Shown: in pieces, positions 11,854 to 25,685 of the stretch
Numbering within the stretch: position 1 is the first letter of the stretch
Layout: every line of letters begins with the position of its first letter
Origin: Octopus vulgaris
Taxonomy: Eukaryota
Direction of reading: 5' to 3'
Assembly: GCA_951406725.2 (NCBI GenBank)
Contig: OX597824.1
Span: 2,914,001-2,978,000, forward strand
Length of the DNA stretch: 64,000 bases
The notes under the pieces: model-generated
Seen by the model: only the letters and a program-made list of their open reading frames with translations
The model's database searches: none
Told to the model about the DNA's origin: nothing
Made by a program: the position numbers and the translations under genes

Positions 11854-12304
11854 TTGGAGAAAGAGAGAGAGAAGGAGAGAGCAGGACAAACCGAGAGCTG
11901 AATGGAGAGGTGAGTGTAAGATCTTAAGCGAGATTAAGTGAATTTGAGAGAGAGAGTTAACCAACGATGGAGATAGCAAGACATGCACTAAAAGAGACAG
12001 AGAGGGTGGGAGAGAGGGAAGGAGAGAGAAAGAAGGAGAGAAAGAGAGATGTAAGAGGAGCACAATGGAGTATAATTATGAAATAGAGCTATTTCAAGAT
12101 GGCGCCTATGTTAGCATTGCATGCGTGTAGTTGAAGCAACGTGTTAGTGGCGCCACCATTGTCATCTTTAACTACTGTCAACTCTTAGAGATTTCATGTC
12201 ACTTTTCGAGCTTTCTCTAAGACACTTGACATTCTACATAACAAGGAGAATGTCTATACCTCTGAGAACGAAACACTCGACAATTAACACCACCGCAACA
12301 ACGC

Positions 12305-12705
12305 CGCCGCTGCTGCTGCTGCTTCTTCTTCTTCTTCTTCTTCTTCTTCTTCTTCTTCTTCTTCTTCTTCTTCTTCTTCTTCTTCTTCTTCTTCTTCTAC
12401 AGCACAACTACAACACAACTACAGCGATATAATTACCACTCGCAATGATAGTCAAAATCACCACATTCTCGACGCTGAGTACTACCACCACCACCTCCAC
12501 TATAATAATAATAATAATAACAACAACAACAACAACAACAACAATCACCATCATCATCATCATAATCAACACTGCTATTATCAACACTGCTATTATCAAC
12601 ACTGCTATTATCGCTCTGTCATCATCACAATCACGACTACCATCCCAACAACCATCATCATCATTATCATCGCCATCACAATCTTCATCACCGCCATCAT
12701 CCTTA
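12305..12705. repeat. Compound trinucleotide microsatellites (GCT, CTT, TAA, CAA, CAT)
   Basis: Direct reading. Confidence 0.9.
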
Positions 12706-13569
12706 TGAGTCTGCTAGCTCGCCGCTCGTAAAGAACAACTTAATAAAGTAGTCATAACTACTCTGGAAGGACATCAATGGTCATTGGGGAAAGCCATGAC
12801 AGTGGGAATGTCTCTGGGCATAGGTTTGTGCGATCAGTTTACCTCATAGTGCTAAAAAGACCAAAAAACATATCCTCACTGCTTCCACTGCCAGCAATTT
12901 TATTATTTTGAAGAGGATACCGCCACCACCATTAACAAACTCGACAACACCACTAGCTTCACCAATGTTCACACCAACTTTATTAGCAAATTCAAGATGA
13001 AGAACAACAACATTTCTGGCACCCGTGAATGGGCAAATACAGTTTTATAAAAGCAAGCGTAGGGACAAGTATGTTCTACAAAACGTTGAGAAGGTCATAT
13101 TTTTGTAGTTGAGTGCTTGACTTGTTCTTTATTTTATAGATTCGAAATGATAAAGTTGACATTCGCGAGATTTGAACTCGGAAAGAAGCCTGAAGGAATA
13201 CTGCAAAGCAATTTGTATATTGTATTCTGACGAATTTACCAATCCACCACCAGGAACAAAATGAATATCATAAACATAGAGAATTAATTACTTTGAAATG
13301 TAAAAAAGTTAAGAAACAATGAAAATAAATGGTAAAACTCTCTGCCAGATACACACACACACAGACGCACATGGGTGAAGGGATCGACACCTAGGTAAAA
13401 CAATACACTCTTCTATGGTTCAGATCGTCTTTCACTATCCAGAATCGAACCTTGTTATCTGAAAGTGCTTTTCTGGTCAGCTAATCCGGGAAATAAAAAG
13501 CGGTAAAAATATTCCCATGAAATGGAAATAATTTTTTTTTTTTGCGAAATACAAGTGAAGGTGTTTACT

Positions 13570-13620
<51 letters not shown>

Positions 13621-13803
13621 TGTAAAGAATATATTTAAAACCGTTGACATCATAGAAATAAAATATATATTTATGCTAGCAGAAATCATCTAGCGAAGGT
13701 ATGGTGGGGGATGGCATGCTTGGAAAAACGTGAGCGACTTTCCTTTCATTCTGGCGAATATCGTATTTGATTAAAATAACAAAACACTACAGGTACATCC
13801 ACA

Positions 13804-14090
<287 letters not shown>

Positions 14091-14983
14091 GCAGTGAATC
14101 ACCAACATCAACGGAAGATCAATCATATTGCGTCGGGAGAATATGGAATAAAATATTTTTTCATCACAGTGAAAAGCCACATTGTATGAGAAGTGGGGAG
14201 AGGGGTGATATTGCTAAAGCTTAATAGCACCTCTGCGACTGAGGCCCACGGGATTAGTAAAGTGATCATCTACACCATAAAAGCTGTTTACTGCTAAATT
14301 CTCCTAGGTTTGACAAAGTACCTATCACCTGTTCTAAACACGTCTCAGATACTCGTGAATTTGCGACAGCAGCATCCTGTGAATTAATAAATACACAAGA
14401 ATCAACAACTGAGTTGTTATTATAGATGGAGTGTATGTGTGTGTGTGTGGGGGGGAGAGTATATTGATTATCGATTCCTTAAATGAAAAACACCAGGCCT
14501 CCAAAGCTACATGCCTGTAACTTATTTTTCAACTAGATACGAAGATCCTAAACTGTTGACTGCTCACCAGAAGAAATAATGACACGTTGGAAGAAGGAAT
14601 AAAGGGTGGCTTAGCAAATGGTAAATCAAAGGCAGCGGGAAGAGAAAGGAAACGCCTGGCATGGATCGATTATCAGAAATCATTTTTTGGATACTGCAGA
14701 CATATGTAAATAAGCAGCGTCAACACTAAACCGGTATATCGACCAAACCATGTTAAAATGGAATAAAAATAGCAAAGAACTGCAGGGCCCAGAAGAAAGA
14801 TGAACGAAACCAAGACGAGAGTTCTTAGAAGGAGATTTCTGATCTCCTCTACTGCTTTTAAACATTTTGGTGTCTTTTAAAATATTTGCTGAATGAAACC
14901 ATCAATGGTCATAAAAAGCAAAATGCGAAGTGTAAACCATTTCTTCGATGTGAATTAGTTAAATCTATTAAATACAAATACCT

Positions 14984-15213
14984 ATTTCTTTACTACCCAC
15001 AAGGGGCTAAACACAGAGGGGAAAAACAAGGACAGACGAACGGATTAAGTCGATTATATCGAGCCCAGTGCGTAACTGGTACTTAATTTATCGACCCCGA
15101 AAAGATGAAAGATAATGTCGACCTTGGCGGAATTTGAGCTCAGAACGTAACGGCAGACGAAATACTGTAAAGCATTTCTCCCGGCGTGCTAACGTTTCTG
15201 CCAGCTCGCTGCC
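14984..15213 (-). mobile_element. tRNA-derived SINE family A (Nin/Deu-like central domain, Tx1-like 3' tail)
   Basis: GGCAGCGAGCTGGCAGAAACG head, B-box-like GAGCTCAAATTCC, central TTTCATCTTTTCGGGGTCGATAAATTAAGTACC. Flanked by an imperfect ~18-bp TSD. Confidence 0.85.
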
Positions 15214-15952
15214 TTTTATTAAACATAAATACCTTTCAGAAAAAAACTTAACCTGAAGATTGATCATAAATTTAATCATAATAAAGAAATGAGCACGGCA
15301 TCACTCAGGATATAGAAGTGGGTTTGGAATTAGAAAAATGCTGGCAAAGCTTCTGTAAGAACAGACAAGTTAGCTAAAGCAGAATATTAAATTAGACACA
15401 GCCAATGAAATCAAGGCATTAGACCAGAGTTATCCATACTGATTCTTAGGAGCTGATGAAACTGATAAGATGCAACACAAATGAAAGGAAAATTATAAAA
15501 GAAGACTAGAAAAGTGACAGTAATATTAGAAGAACCTGAATTTAAAACGAGAAGTAAGATTACAGGGATAAACACACTAGCTAATCCAGTTATAAAACTA
15601 TAATTTCGTAGTAATAAATTGGAATGTAAGTATATTGAAGAGCTTCAAGTTGGAAACAAGAAATATTGTTACGATACAATCACCTGAAAACTGATATAAA
15701 AAGGATTTACGTATGTCACATGCATTGCTTCATATAAAAAATGACTGCTACAACAATAATGGATAGGGGAGAGGAAACTGGTGAAGGGGATATGGGGAGC
15801 TGTGAAAAACAAAACATATTTATCCATAAATAAGTGGATAATTAAATGCAATCTAGAAATTAACCACAGCAAGAAGAACGATTTCGATAAGGATAATAAA
15901 CACATCAAGGAGATAAAGGAAATTACTAAATCAAAATGTAATTATCAATATA

Positions 15953-16326
15953 CTAGCAGTATCGCCCGGCGTTGCTCGGGTTTGTTTCGACCCTTTAGAA
16001 TTGGAATTTTGCATTATGTAGCTTGTTATTCTCTTTAAGTGGACGTTTTCCTGGTTGAAATACACCGAAAAATGGCGACACAGCAGTCAAAAAATCATAA
16101 AAATAGGGATTTTCATAGAAAAAAAGCACCTTTTTGATGTATATAATTTTTGGTGTTAACATGGTCCGATTTGAATTTTATTTTCTACGGAAGGAAAAGC
16201 AAGCCTTCTTCTATCATACTCTCAATTTTGGTCAACATGCGTCGCAGGGTCTCGGAAGAGATAGTGTTAGTTGAAGGCTACCAAACCTGCCATACACAGA
16301 CAACTTCAGCTTTATATATAGGGAGA
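15953..16326 (-). mobile_element. Non-autonomous Helitron
   Basis: Minus strand starts TCTCCCTATATATAAAG after host A. Ends CCCGAGCAACGCCGGG hairpin, 7 nt, CTAG, then host T. No TSD. Confidence 0.85.
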
Positions 16327-16758
16327 TGAAGGGGGAAAATGAAGAAACAGATCATTAGACGTGAGGGAGTTAGTGAGCATTTTCAGAACGGATCAAACGT
16401 TCTCGACATAAAGCAGCGATGGATTGTCTCATTTTAGCAGTACAAGATCAATTTTAATCCGTAATACATACATACACACACACATACATACATACATACA
16501 TACATACATACATACATACATACATACATACATACATACCTACCTACCTACATACATACATACATACATACATACATACATACATACACACATACATACA
16601 TACATACCTACCTACCTACCTACCTACCTACATACATACATACATACATACATACACACATACATACATACATACATACACCACACGTATACACACACAT
16701 ACACGCACGCACACACACATACATACATATTGATCTATATTTTTGAGACGTGGAATTC

Positions 16759-16956
16759 TGTACATTATTTACATTATTTACATTATTTACATTAGACGGA
16801 TATGCGTCCCCATCTTGTTTGTTGTTACCACAGCGTTTCGGCTGATTTATTATCCAGCCTTCATCAGATGTCCTGGTAGGATTTTCAACCCAACACTGGA
16901 TTCTCATTCCTAAGGTATTTTTGCTGATGTTGTTGTTGTTATTATTGTTATTATTA

Positions 16957-17015
<59 letters not shown>

Positions 17016-17108
17016 TAGTTTTATTTTTATAGCGTGCTTTCACTTCACTACCGAGCGCAGCTCTGTGTGCCTTGGGTATGTGCTGTGATTTGTTGTGATG
17101 CTCTGATG

Positions 17109-17180
<72 letters not shown>

Positions 17181-17336
17181 ATCAGCAAAAAATACCTTAG
17201 GAATGAGAACCCGGGTTCAGAATTTCCCCAGCACACCTGATGGAGGCTGGAGAGTAAAACAGCCGAAACATTGTGGTAACAACCAACAAGATGAAGACAA
17301 ATATCTGTCAAATGTAAATAATGTAAATAATGTACA
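16759..17336. repeat. Inverted pair of ~160-175 bp pLTR-like units (16759-16931, 17178-17336), each with a hammerhead-like core, around (TTA)n
   Basis: Arms are diverged reverse complements. Minus 16827-16872 reads CTGATGA a GGCTG..CAGCC GAAA cgct; plus 17232-17277 reads CTGATGG a GGCTG..CAGCC GAAA catt. Confidence 0.75.
17012..17110 (-). mobile_element. Short 3'-end fragment of a probable LINE (R4/Dong-like) embedded in (TAA)n
   Basis: ~100 bp of unique sequence flanked on both sides by (TTA)n; the minus strand ends AAATAAAACTACTG(AAT)n. Family assignment is by analogy with other AAT-tailed ends in the window. Confidence 0.5.
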
Positions 17337-17592
17337 TAGGTAGTGAATCCGGAACCTCGTGGTTGCGAAATGAACTTCTAAACCAACCTATGTACAAACA
17401 TATACACACATGAATATATACACACATGTATATATACATACGCATATATACACACACATATGCATACATACACACATACATGCTTACATACATACATACA
17501 TGCCTGCATGAATACATACATACATACATACATACATACGTCTGCATGCATGCATACAGACATAAATACACACACATACATACATATATGTG

Positions 17593-17624
<32 letters not shown>

Positions 17625-17627
17625 ATA

Positions 17628-17791
17628 ACGGGAAGGTTTACGAAAATAAACAAAAGACGAAGGCAGGTGGAGTACAAACAAACAAATGTATTAGTATGGC
17701 GCTCAGGAATAGAAATAGAACAAGTCTTTTATGTTTCAAGCCTACGCTCTTCGACAGAAAGATACACAGAAAAGAAACAAGGAGAGAAACA
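17628..17791 (-). mobile_element. (TA)n-flanked short element with hammerhead-like motif at 17726-17761; homologous to 32498-32666
   Basis: Minus strand reads cttt CTGTCGA a GAGC-gtag-GCTT GAAA caTA aaag and aligns along its length with the plus-strand copy at 32.5 kb. Confidence 0.65.
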
Positions 17792-18314
17792 ATATATATA
17801 TACTTACACACGCACACATATATATATATGTATGTATGTATGTCCGTGCACAACCTAGGGAAATAAGAGGCAAATATCATGTGTTAAGTATGCAACCAGG
17901 GTATTGAAATGAATGACACGGTCGTCTCTGGTTGCCCAGTTTTTCAAAGTCAGAATATATCAATAGAGAGATAGAGTTAGTAGCTGTGTCTTTCGGGGGG
18001 CAATATGCCGACAATTTGATGTTAAACACTATGTCCTTACAAATAGCATTAAAGAAAGACTGGATGCGACATTGAGGAAGGATCCTGTTCACATTGAGAA
18101 GAGAATTAAGTCAAACCATTGAAATGGATAATGAAGAACTGGAAGGAAAATTTCTGTCTTTTGATAGAAATCTTGAATCCTTCTGCTTTAAACACACCTC
18201 GGGATAAATTCAAGTAACTATCAAGTGGAAAACCATTGAAATGGAAATAATCGAAATGTGATGTACGAAAGTAATGGCACCAACACTAATTAGGTCTCAA
18301 GGATGAGAAAGAAT

Positions 18315-18543
18315 GCGGCGAGCTGGCAGAAACGTTAGCACGCCGGGCGAAATGCTTTGCGGTATTTTGTCTGTCTTTACGTTCTGAGTCCAAATTCCGC
18401 CGAGGCCGACTTTGTCTTTCATCCTTTCGGGGTCGATTAAATAAGTACCAGTTACGCACTGGGGTCGATATTATCGACTTAATCTGTTTCTTTGTCCATG
18501 TTTGTCCTCTCTGTGCTTAGCCCCTTGTGGGTAGTAAAGAAAT
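18315..18543 (+). mobile_element. SINE family A, full length
   Basis: Same head, central domain and tail as 14984-15213. Confidence 0.85.
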
Positions 18544-18810
18544 AGGTATGAGAAGGAGGATGAACATGAATAGATCTCTTTACAAAAAAGCATTCTTGTA
18601 GCCTTGATTGTGTAGATCAAGTATTGGTAACCTTTTCGAGAAACGGGCTGCATAAGACAAGACTCATCATCAGGCGGGCGGCGCTGCTAAATATGTTCAA
18701 TGCGATTTTTTCTTAAATGTGCCATTCAGAAAGTCTTACAGACGGATGTTCGTCCAGAACTGATGTAGATTATGTTGTGAGAATTGTATTTTATTAGTGG
18801 GTATTAATTA

Positions 18811-18990
18811 AGACGACGAACTTGGCAGAAGCGTTAACACGCTGAACAAAGTGTTTATCTGCATTTCGTTCTTCTTTACGTTCTGAGTTCAAATTCCAAC
18901 GAGATTTATTTGTCTTTCACCCTCTCAGGATCGATGAAATAAACACCAGTCAAATACTGTGGTCGATCTAATCGATTTCCCCTCCCCTCA
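18811..18990 (+). mobile_element. Older SINE, family A head with alternative tail B
   Basis: TTCTGAGTTCAAATTCC B-box and degenerate central domain, followed by CCCCTCCCCTC. Confidence 0.6.
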
Positions 18991-20113
18991 AAAACTCGAT
19001 CACTTCATAAATTTTCATGATGTTTTCATTCGTTCGCGAGGTCACCCTGAACAAAATTGGTCTTCAAGCGATAAGTGACCATTCGTAAGGGGTGAAAACC
19101 ACTCGTAAACTTGTGTTTTGCTCGTGGCAGCCTCCTTGTAAGTTGGAATGTAAGACAGCTCTTTCGGCCGTCGCTTTCTCTAGTAGAAAACCGAATTTCA
19201 CGGAAGCACAATGTATTTTTCGTTTCAAATATCACAAGAATCGACGAACAGGGGAGAAGCACTGCAAAACAACGACGCAACACGTGGCAGGACAACCACA
19301 GCTGACAACGCTGGTCGGAAGGTGGATGCCTGAGGGTCGCATCAAATAGCTTCTAGCAGCGGAAGCCTTGAATTACAACGGGCTTGTCTCACAAAGAACG
19401 TTTCAGGTTACTTTTGGGTACCCCATGTGTAATAATATATTGTATTATGTGCGTTGATTCTCTAGGTCTGAGGCATAATCATCTTACATGAAACCGGTTC
19501 TTGGTGCCAAAAATGTCGGACATCGTTGCTCTACATAATCACTACCCTATAATATAACGCATACTGCACAGCACATATTCTAAAAACCCATTACCAACTG
19601 CTAAAATTCATAACAGAACTCATATATTACATACCCTAACCAATAATATAGCACATACTACATAATCTGCCACTAAATCTCATAACTCTCTTAATACATT
19701 CAATCACTTTCCAATATAACTCACAGTGCGTTCTCTGCATAGTTACTACCGCTGCGAAAACATGTAACACCGTTCATATAACACATACTCTATACAATCG
19801 TCATGCTATAACGCATACCGCACGGAACATACTCGATGCATTCATCAGCCGATAATATAACACGACAAAACTCATTGAAGATACGTTCACCAAAACGCAA
19901 TCACCAGTCAACAAAACAACAACACACACACACACACACACACACACCATGGCCAACAAACGTAACAATAAAGTAAATTCTAGAAAGAACAAAACACATC
20001 TTCGCACAAAGCAAATCTGATGTAATTATACAAACGCGAATCAACAGTCCCAAAAGACAACGTTGAACTCAGTTCAAAGACACGACAATTCACCTGGTGG
20101 TGGGTGTTGGGGG

Positions 20114-20114
<1 letters not shown>

Positions 20115-20179
<65 letters not shown>
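20115..20179. repeat. (GCT)n microsatellite
   Basis: Direct reading. Confidence 0.95.
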
Positions 20180-20525
20180 ACAAATGGACATAAAACTAGA
20201 AAACATGACAAGAAATAATAACAGTGTTAACCGCCGCTCCAAGATTCATCCGAAGATTGTTTATGCGACTTTAACAAAGCAGTTAATTAAAGGGTGATCC
20301 TGTTGTTCTTGTTCTATTTTTGCTCTTAATTTGGTAAACTGTACTACATCATAGTACTTATTTCTAGTTGGGTGAACTGAGCCAGCGATAATTTCAAAGG
20401 TTTTCACTACAGACACCGCTTCTGACCTATTTACTCTAATGACCTCCAAACAACTCAAACTTACTTTTTCTTTCTGTTTTCCTCTCCTTCTTTTCTCCTT
20501 TTCATTCATTGTTTGTGTATCAGTC

Positions 20526-20599
<74 letters not shown>

Positions 20600-21821
20600 G
20601 GTCTCTTCCCCATCTAGTTGTTTATGTTTTTGCCTAGCTAACTAACAGTTTAGTCTATATTTCTATCTTTCCCCCCCGCCCCATTCCCCCCCTTTCTCTC
20701 TTCCTCCAAGTATTTATTTCTCTTTCGTCCTTTTCCTGCTAATTTTTTCCTCAGCTTCTCTTTCTTACCCTCTCTATCTCTCTCTTTTCTTATTTCTCCT
20801 TAGCTTTCTTTCTCTCTCTTTTCCCTTCTCCGAATGCCTACCTCTTCTTCACACTCAGGTCTATTTGACTCTGTCTTTTGTAAAAGTGCTAACGAGAGGA
20901 ATTCTGCTAATGAGAAAGAATGAAATTTAATTAACAAGTGCTGCAGAGAGGTTTCTCTACAAATTTTTAATCTCCATTCCTGTCTAGAACCATTTCCTTT
21001 CATTTCCATTTGTAATGCCTAAGACTTCGGTAACTCTCCGATCCTCCTCAGATGCCTCTCATATAACATCCTCGGAACTTTGAAACGATTCCCTTACGGA
21101 ATCCAGTGGTTTGTTCTCATACCGTTTCCCAGACAAGTTATTCTGGAAATTTCGATTATTCCACTTGTTACTTTTGCTTGAACCAGTTTCTATACATATG
21201 TCGTTTGACAGAATTACCCAAGACCACCAGCTAAACTCACACGCTTATACTGGATATGCAGGCTTTTACCCTTTCGGAGTTTTAAAAAGAGGCCAATCTA
21301 GAACAGCGGAACAATAAAATCTGTCCTTGCAGTATTTTCTCTGACATTCTGCGTTCTGAGTTCAAAATTTCGCCATGGCCTCATCCGGAGGTAGACTTAA
21401 TCAATCGGCCGATTCAACACCATCACATGCTATCGTGGCTGATTTTAGCAGAGCCTACTCTGTTGTAATTACTTGGGAGAGCATCTGGTTTGAGGAGACC
21501 TTCTTCCTACTTTCCATCTGGCTCCAGCGGTTTTGTAAAGGATCATGGGTACCCCTTCCTTTCTAATTATAAGATAAATAGAAAAACTATCATTTTCTGG
21601 TAGGAAAATTTGGTGCTAAAAATTAAGACCTTCAGACCTTCAATGCATTTTTGCATTGAGGAATACCTGAGCCGTATGGGACGCAGTAGTTGTTGGTGAA
21701 GATCTATTCGGTTGTTCAGAGGAGATGCTTCCAAATGGTAGACATGCTTGTGACTACTCTCCTCATCTTCTGTGACCTCCTCCCCCCACGCATGATATGC
21801 CTTTAATATCATGTGAACAGA

Positions 21822-22021
21822 AGGTGGTGAGCTGGCAGAGTCGATAGTAGTACGCTGGGTAAAATGCTTAGCAGCATTTCGTCCACCCTTACGTTCTGAG
21901 TTCAAATTCCACCGAGGTCGACTTTGCTTTTCATCCTTTCGAGTTCGTTGAGTACTGGGGTCGATAGAATCCACTTAATCCCTTCCCCAGAATCGCTGGT
22001 CTTCTTTTAAAATTTGAAACC
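21822..22021 (+). mobile_element. Older SINE, family A head with tail B
   Basis: GGTGGTGAGCTGGCAGA head, GAGTTCAAATTCC, tail ending GCTGGTCTT..AAATTTGAAAC. Confidence 0.7.
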
Positions 22022-22867
22022 AACATAAGGTAGACAGTTTCTCATTTGCGTTCTCGACTCTTATAATACTGAGTTTGGAAGCTGTTTCTAAGCTGGCTGT
22101 GTAAGTTGCTATTCAAAGGATTTTCTCCAGAGACCTTCTGCAGCCTATAAGAGGAATTGATCCAGCCACCAGCAACTTATTGACATGAGATGATCAGGGT
22201 TAGGCAGAGCTGCTACCCCATCACATTTTAAGGGAGATGTTAAGAGGTTAACGTCTCCATCTTATCTCCTGTTCCCTGTCTATTGAGGGAGCCCATCAAT
22301 CTAGCAAGTTACTAGGTCCGTGTTAGTGCTGGTGCTATGAAAAGGGCACTCAGTGCAATTTGTAAATGAGTTCGCATCCAGTCGTAGAAACCATGCCAGA
22401 ACCAAGACATTGGGGCCAGACATGGCGTTTCAACTTATTGTATCCTAACAAAATATTGGATTCGATCTATCATGGAAAACTGACGCGAAATGATTCAGAA
22501 GTTAATGGTATTCTATTTTTTCTTTTTTTTGTTTTGTTTTGCCAGCCAACTCATAATCAAGTCGTATGATTTGGTTGCAAGAGAGTTTTCTTCTCATGTC
22601 GCTTGGGAACTTCAGCATCGATGTTTATCTCTTTCATGTAATTACAGACCAAATGCAGGGGCGCATTTTTGATCACGTGTGTTGCAGATCTCTGATACTA
22701 GTGTATCGATACTAATGTATCGATACTAGTCTATCGGATTTTGCTCTTGCTTCTCTCATCCTGTTCTTTCATTCAATGACATTCTGCAGCATCTACGTTC
22801 CTTCTATTTTGCTACATGTGCTGTTATATTTATCACATATTGTTATTATTATTATCATCACTAAGAA

Positions 22868-23220
22868 GGCGGCGAGCTGGCAGAATCGTTAGCCCGCCGG
22901 GCGAAATGCTTAGAAGTATTTTGTCTGCCGCTACGTTCAAATTCCGAGTTCAAATTCCGCCGAGGTCGACTTTACCTTTCATCCTTTTGGGGTCGATTAA
23001 ATAAGTACCAGTTACGCACTGGAGTCGATGTAATCCGTTTGTCTGTCCTTGTTTGTTCTCTCTGTGTTTATCCCCTTGTGGACAATAAAGAAATAAGAAT
23101 CGTTAGCACGCCGGGTGAAATTTTTAGCGGTATTTCGTCTGCCGCTACGTTCTGAGTTCAAATTCCGCCGAGGTCGATGAAAAGAGTACCAGTTACGCAC
23201 TGGGGTCGATGTAATCGTCT
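22868..23220 (+). mobile_element. SINE family A, full copy fused head-to-tail to a second partial copy
   Basis: The first copy ends AATAAAGAAATA at ~23096 and continues into AGAATCGTTAGCACG of a second, internally deleted copy. Confidence 0.85.
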
Positions 23221-23550
23221 AGCTCCTTACCCATAGTGGAAAGTATGGTGGTGGATGTGCGGTGGTGTTAGTGACGGCCGTTTTTATGGTGGCCGGGGGG
23301 GGGGGGGGGGCAACGGTAGTGGTGTTGGCGGTGGGGAAGTGGTGTTGATAGAGATATTGATGAAGGATATGCTTGTTCTGATGGTGGTGGTCGCAGTAAG
23401 AGTGGTGTTGGTAATAAAAATGGCAGCGGTGGCGGCGTTGGTGTTAAAGGTTGTTGTGGTGGCGGTTGTTGGTTTTGATTTTGTTGTGATTGGTGCATTT
23501 GTGGCGGCGGAGGGAATGGAGGAGACGATGGTGGTGATGGGGATTAGAAA

Positions 23551-24785
23551 ATGGAAATTGCAGAGAGGAAGAAAGGAAGAGAGAAAGAAAGAAAGACAGG
23601 AGAAAGAGAAAGAGAGGAAGAAAAAGAGAAGGAAAGAAAGATAGAAAGAGAGAGGGAAAGAAAGAAAGAAAGAAAGGAGAAAGAGAAAGAGAGAAAGAAA
23701 GAAAGACAGGAGAAAGAGAAAGAGAGAAAGAAAGAGAGAAGGAAAGAAGAAAGAAAGAAAGAAAGAGAGAGAGAGAAAGAAAGGAAGAAAGAAAGAAAGA
23801 AAGAGAAAGAGAGAAAAGAAAGAAAGACAGGAGAAAGAGAAAGAGAGAAAGAAAGAGAGAAGGAAAGAAAGATAGAAAGAAAGATAGAAAGAGAGAGGGA
23901 AAGAAAGAAAGAAAGAAAGGAGAAAGAGAAAGAGAGAAAGAAAGAAAGAAAGACAGGAGAAAGAGAAAGAGAGAAAGAAAGAGAGAAGGAAAGAAAGATA
24001 GAAAGAAAGATAGAAAGAGAGAGGGAAAGAAAGAAAGAAAGAAAGAAAGGAGAAAGAGTAAGAGAGAAGGAAAGAAAGAAAGGAGAAAGAGAAAGAGAGA
24101 AAGAAAGATTAAAAGAAGGAAGATAAAAGAAAGAAAGATGGAAAGAAAGAAGGAATGTCAGAAAGAAAGAAAGGAATAAATGAAATGGAACCACGCGGCT
24201 GGTGTCGAAAGAGGAGGGGAGATGGAGTGTTTATGAAGGGAGGTGGGGTTAATAGAGGGGAGGGTGGTGAATTAGGGAAGAGGAAAGGGAGGAGGAGGAG
24301 GACGAAGTGGAGGAATGGGTATTGGTGAGACAAAGGGACAGAAAATGTTGAAGAAGATGAAAATTAGTGCTAAAATATGATGATGAGGAGGAGGAGGAGG
24401 AAGAGGAGGAGGAGGAAGGAGAGGAGGAAGACGACGACGACGAAAGGAGAACAGGAGGAATACGAGGCGGATAAAAAAGGAGGGAGAGAAGGAGGAGAGA
24501 AAGTGCATAGAAGTGAAAATACGGTGGAAACAGCGTTTAAGGAAGAGTAGAAGATGGAGGAGGCTGAGGAGGAAGGGGAGGAGGAGGATAAAAGGAAGGA
24601 AAAGAAGAGAAAGAAGAGAAAGAAGAGAAAGAAGAGGAAGAGGTAAATGATGATGAGAATGATGACGAAGGAGAAGAAAATGAAGAAGCAGGAAGAAGGG
24701 GAGGAGAAAAGATGAAGAAGAAAAGGAAGGAAGGCATAAAGAAAGAGAAAACAAAGAAATGCTTGGGAGGAAAGAAGAGAGCAAA
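23551..24785. repeat. Polypurine (GA/GAAA/GGA) low-complexity tract with internal higher-order repeats
   Basis: Almost pure A/G on the plus strand; the block GACAGGAGAAAGAGAAAGAG recurs four times in 23590-23975. Confidence 0.9.
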
Positions 24786-24852
24786 AACTATAGAAGAGTA
24801 ATGGCGGCGGCGGCGGTGTATATTACTGTATGGGGAATGATAGAGCGAAATA

Positions 24853-24903
24853 GTGTGTGCGTGTGTGTGTGTGCGTGTGTGTATGTGTGCATGTGTGTGT
24901 GCA

Positions 24904-24935
<32 letters not shown>

Positions 24936-25089
24936 CATGTGTGTGTGTGTATGTGTGCATGTGTGTGTGTGTGCATGTGTGTGTGCATGTGTGTGTGTGT
25001 GTGTGTATGTGTGCATGTGTGTGTGTGTATGTGTGCATGTGTGTGTGTGTGTGTATGTGTGCATGTGTGTGTGTGTGTGTGTGTGTGTG
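24853..25089. repeat. (GT)n compound microsatellite with GCAT/GTAT interruptions
   Basis: Direct reading. Confidence 0.95.
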
Positions 25090-25685
25090 ATATGCAATGA
25101 TTTAGAAGCAATAGCTTGAGATTCTCTATTAAGAAAGTTGATGAGTAGAAGTGATGTAGGGGGAAGGGGGGTAGAGAGTATGAAAGAGAGAAGGAGAGGC
25201 AAAAGTTGGAAGAGATAAAGATGTGCTGATGGTGTTAGTCGCGCTGTTGTCGGGTTTCTCCAGCAAGACGTCACAGAATCTGCCACAAAAGCTACTCCCC
25301 TCGTAGATTTATGCACAATAGTACAAGCGCAACTATAAGCTAAATATTGCAACAGAAATAAATAACAGTTATGTTGTTGCTGCCACCATCTACGATGTAG
25401 AGTTTCTATAGCAACATGGCTGCTACGACTTTACCGATTCCAGGTAACAACTCTTGATAGAGCTATAGAATAATCATAATGGTAATAATACAGCAAGAAT
25501 AAGCCATCTCATCAAAAATAGCCAACTTTTTTTACTTGCTTATCTTTCCTTCATCTTTTGTGCGAAATAACGAACGACATCATTTTTTCTTTTTGGAAAA
25601 TGTTCTCACTCTCAAGAATTTGGAAACTCTGCAGTAATTAATTTTGATGAAATAAAAAATATTTTTACGTGTTTAAGATAATTGC

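Larger units (their letters stand above)
14480..18620 (+). mobile_element. Highly degenerate R4/Dong-like (RLE) LINE remnant, fragmented by later insertions
   Basis: Colinear decayed motifs: LAWIDYQKSF (~14660), GDF*SPLL (~14830), GLELEKC (~15330), LGADETDKMQH (~15450), INTLANPVI (~15570), zinc-finger region VVSGCPVF (~17920) and an RLE-like region to ~18620. Interrupted by SINEs, a Helitron and microsatellites. Confidence 0.55.

Noticed and set aside
20097-20297. Poly-Ala ORF resembling a transcription factor segment
   Set aside because: (GCT)n repeat, non-ATG start and no recognisable domain.
22694-22736. Three tandem GATACTAGTGTATC-like near-palindromes
   Set aside because: Short local tandem duplication with no supporting context.
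23544-24784. E/K/R-rich coiled-coil-like ORF and its antisense F/L/S ORFs
   Set aside because: Product of a polypurine low-complexity tract; no splice or domain evidence.
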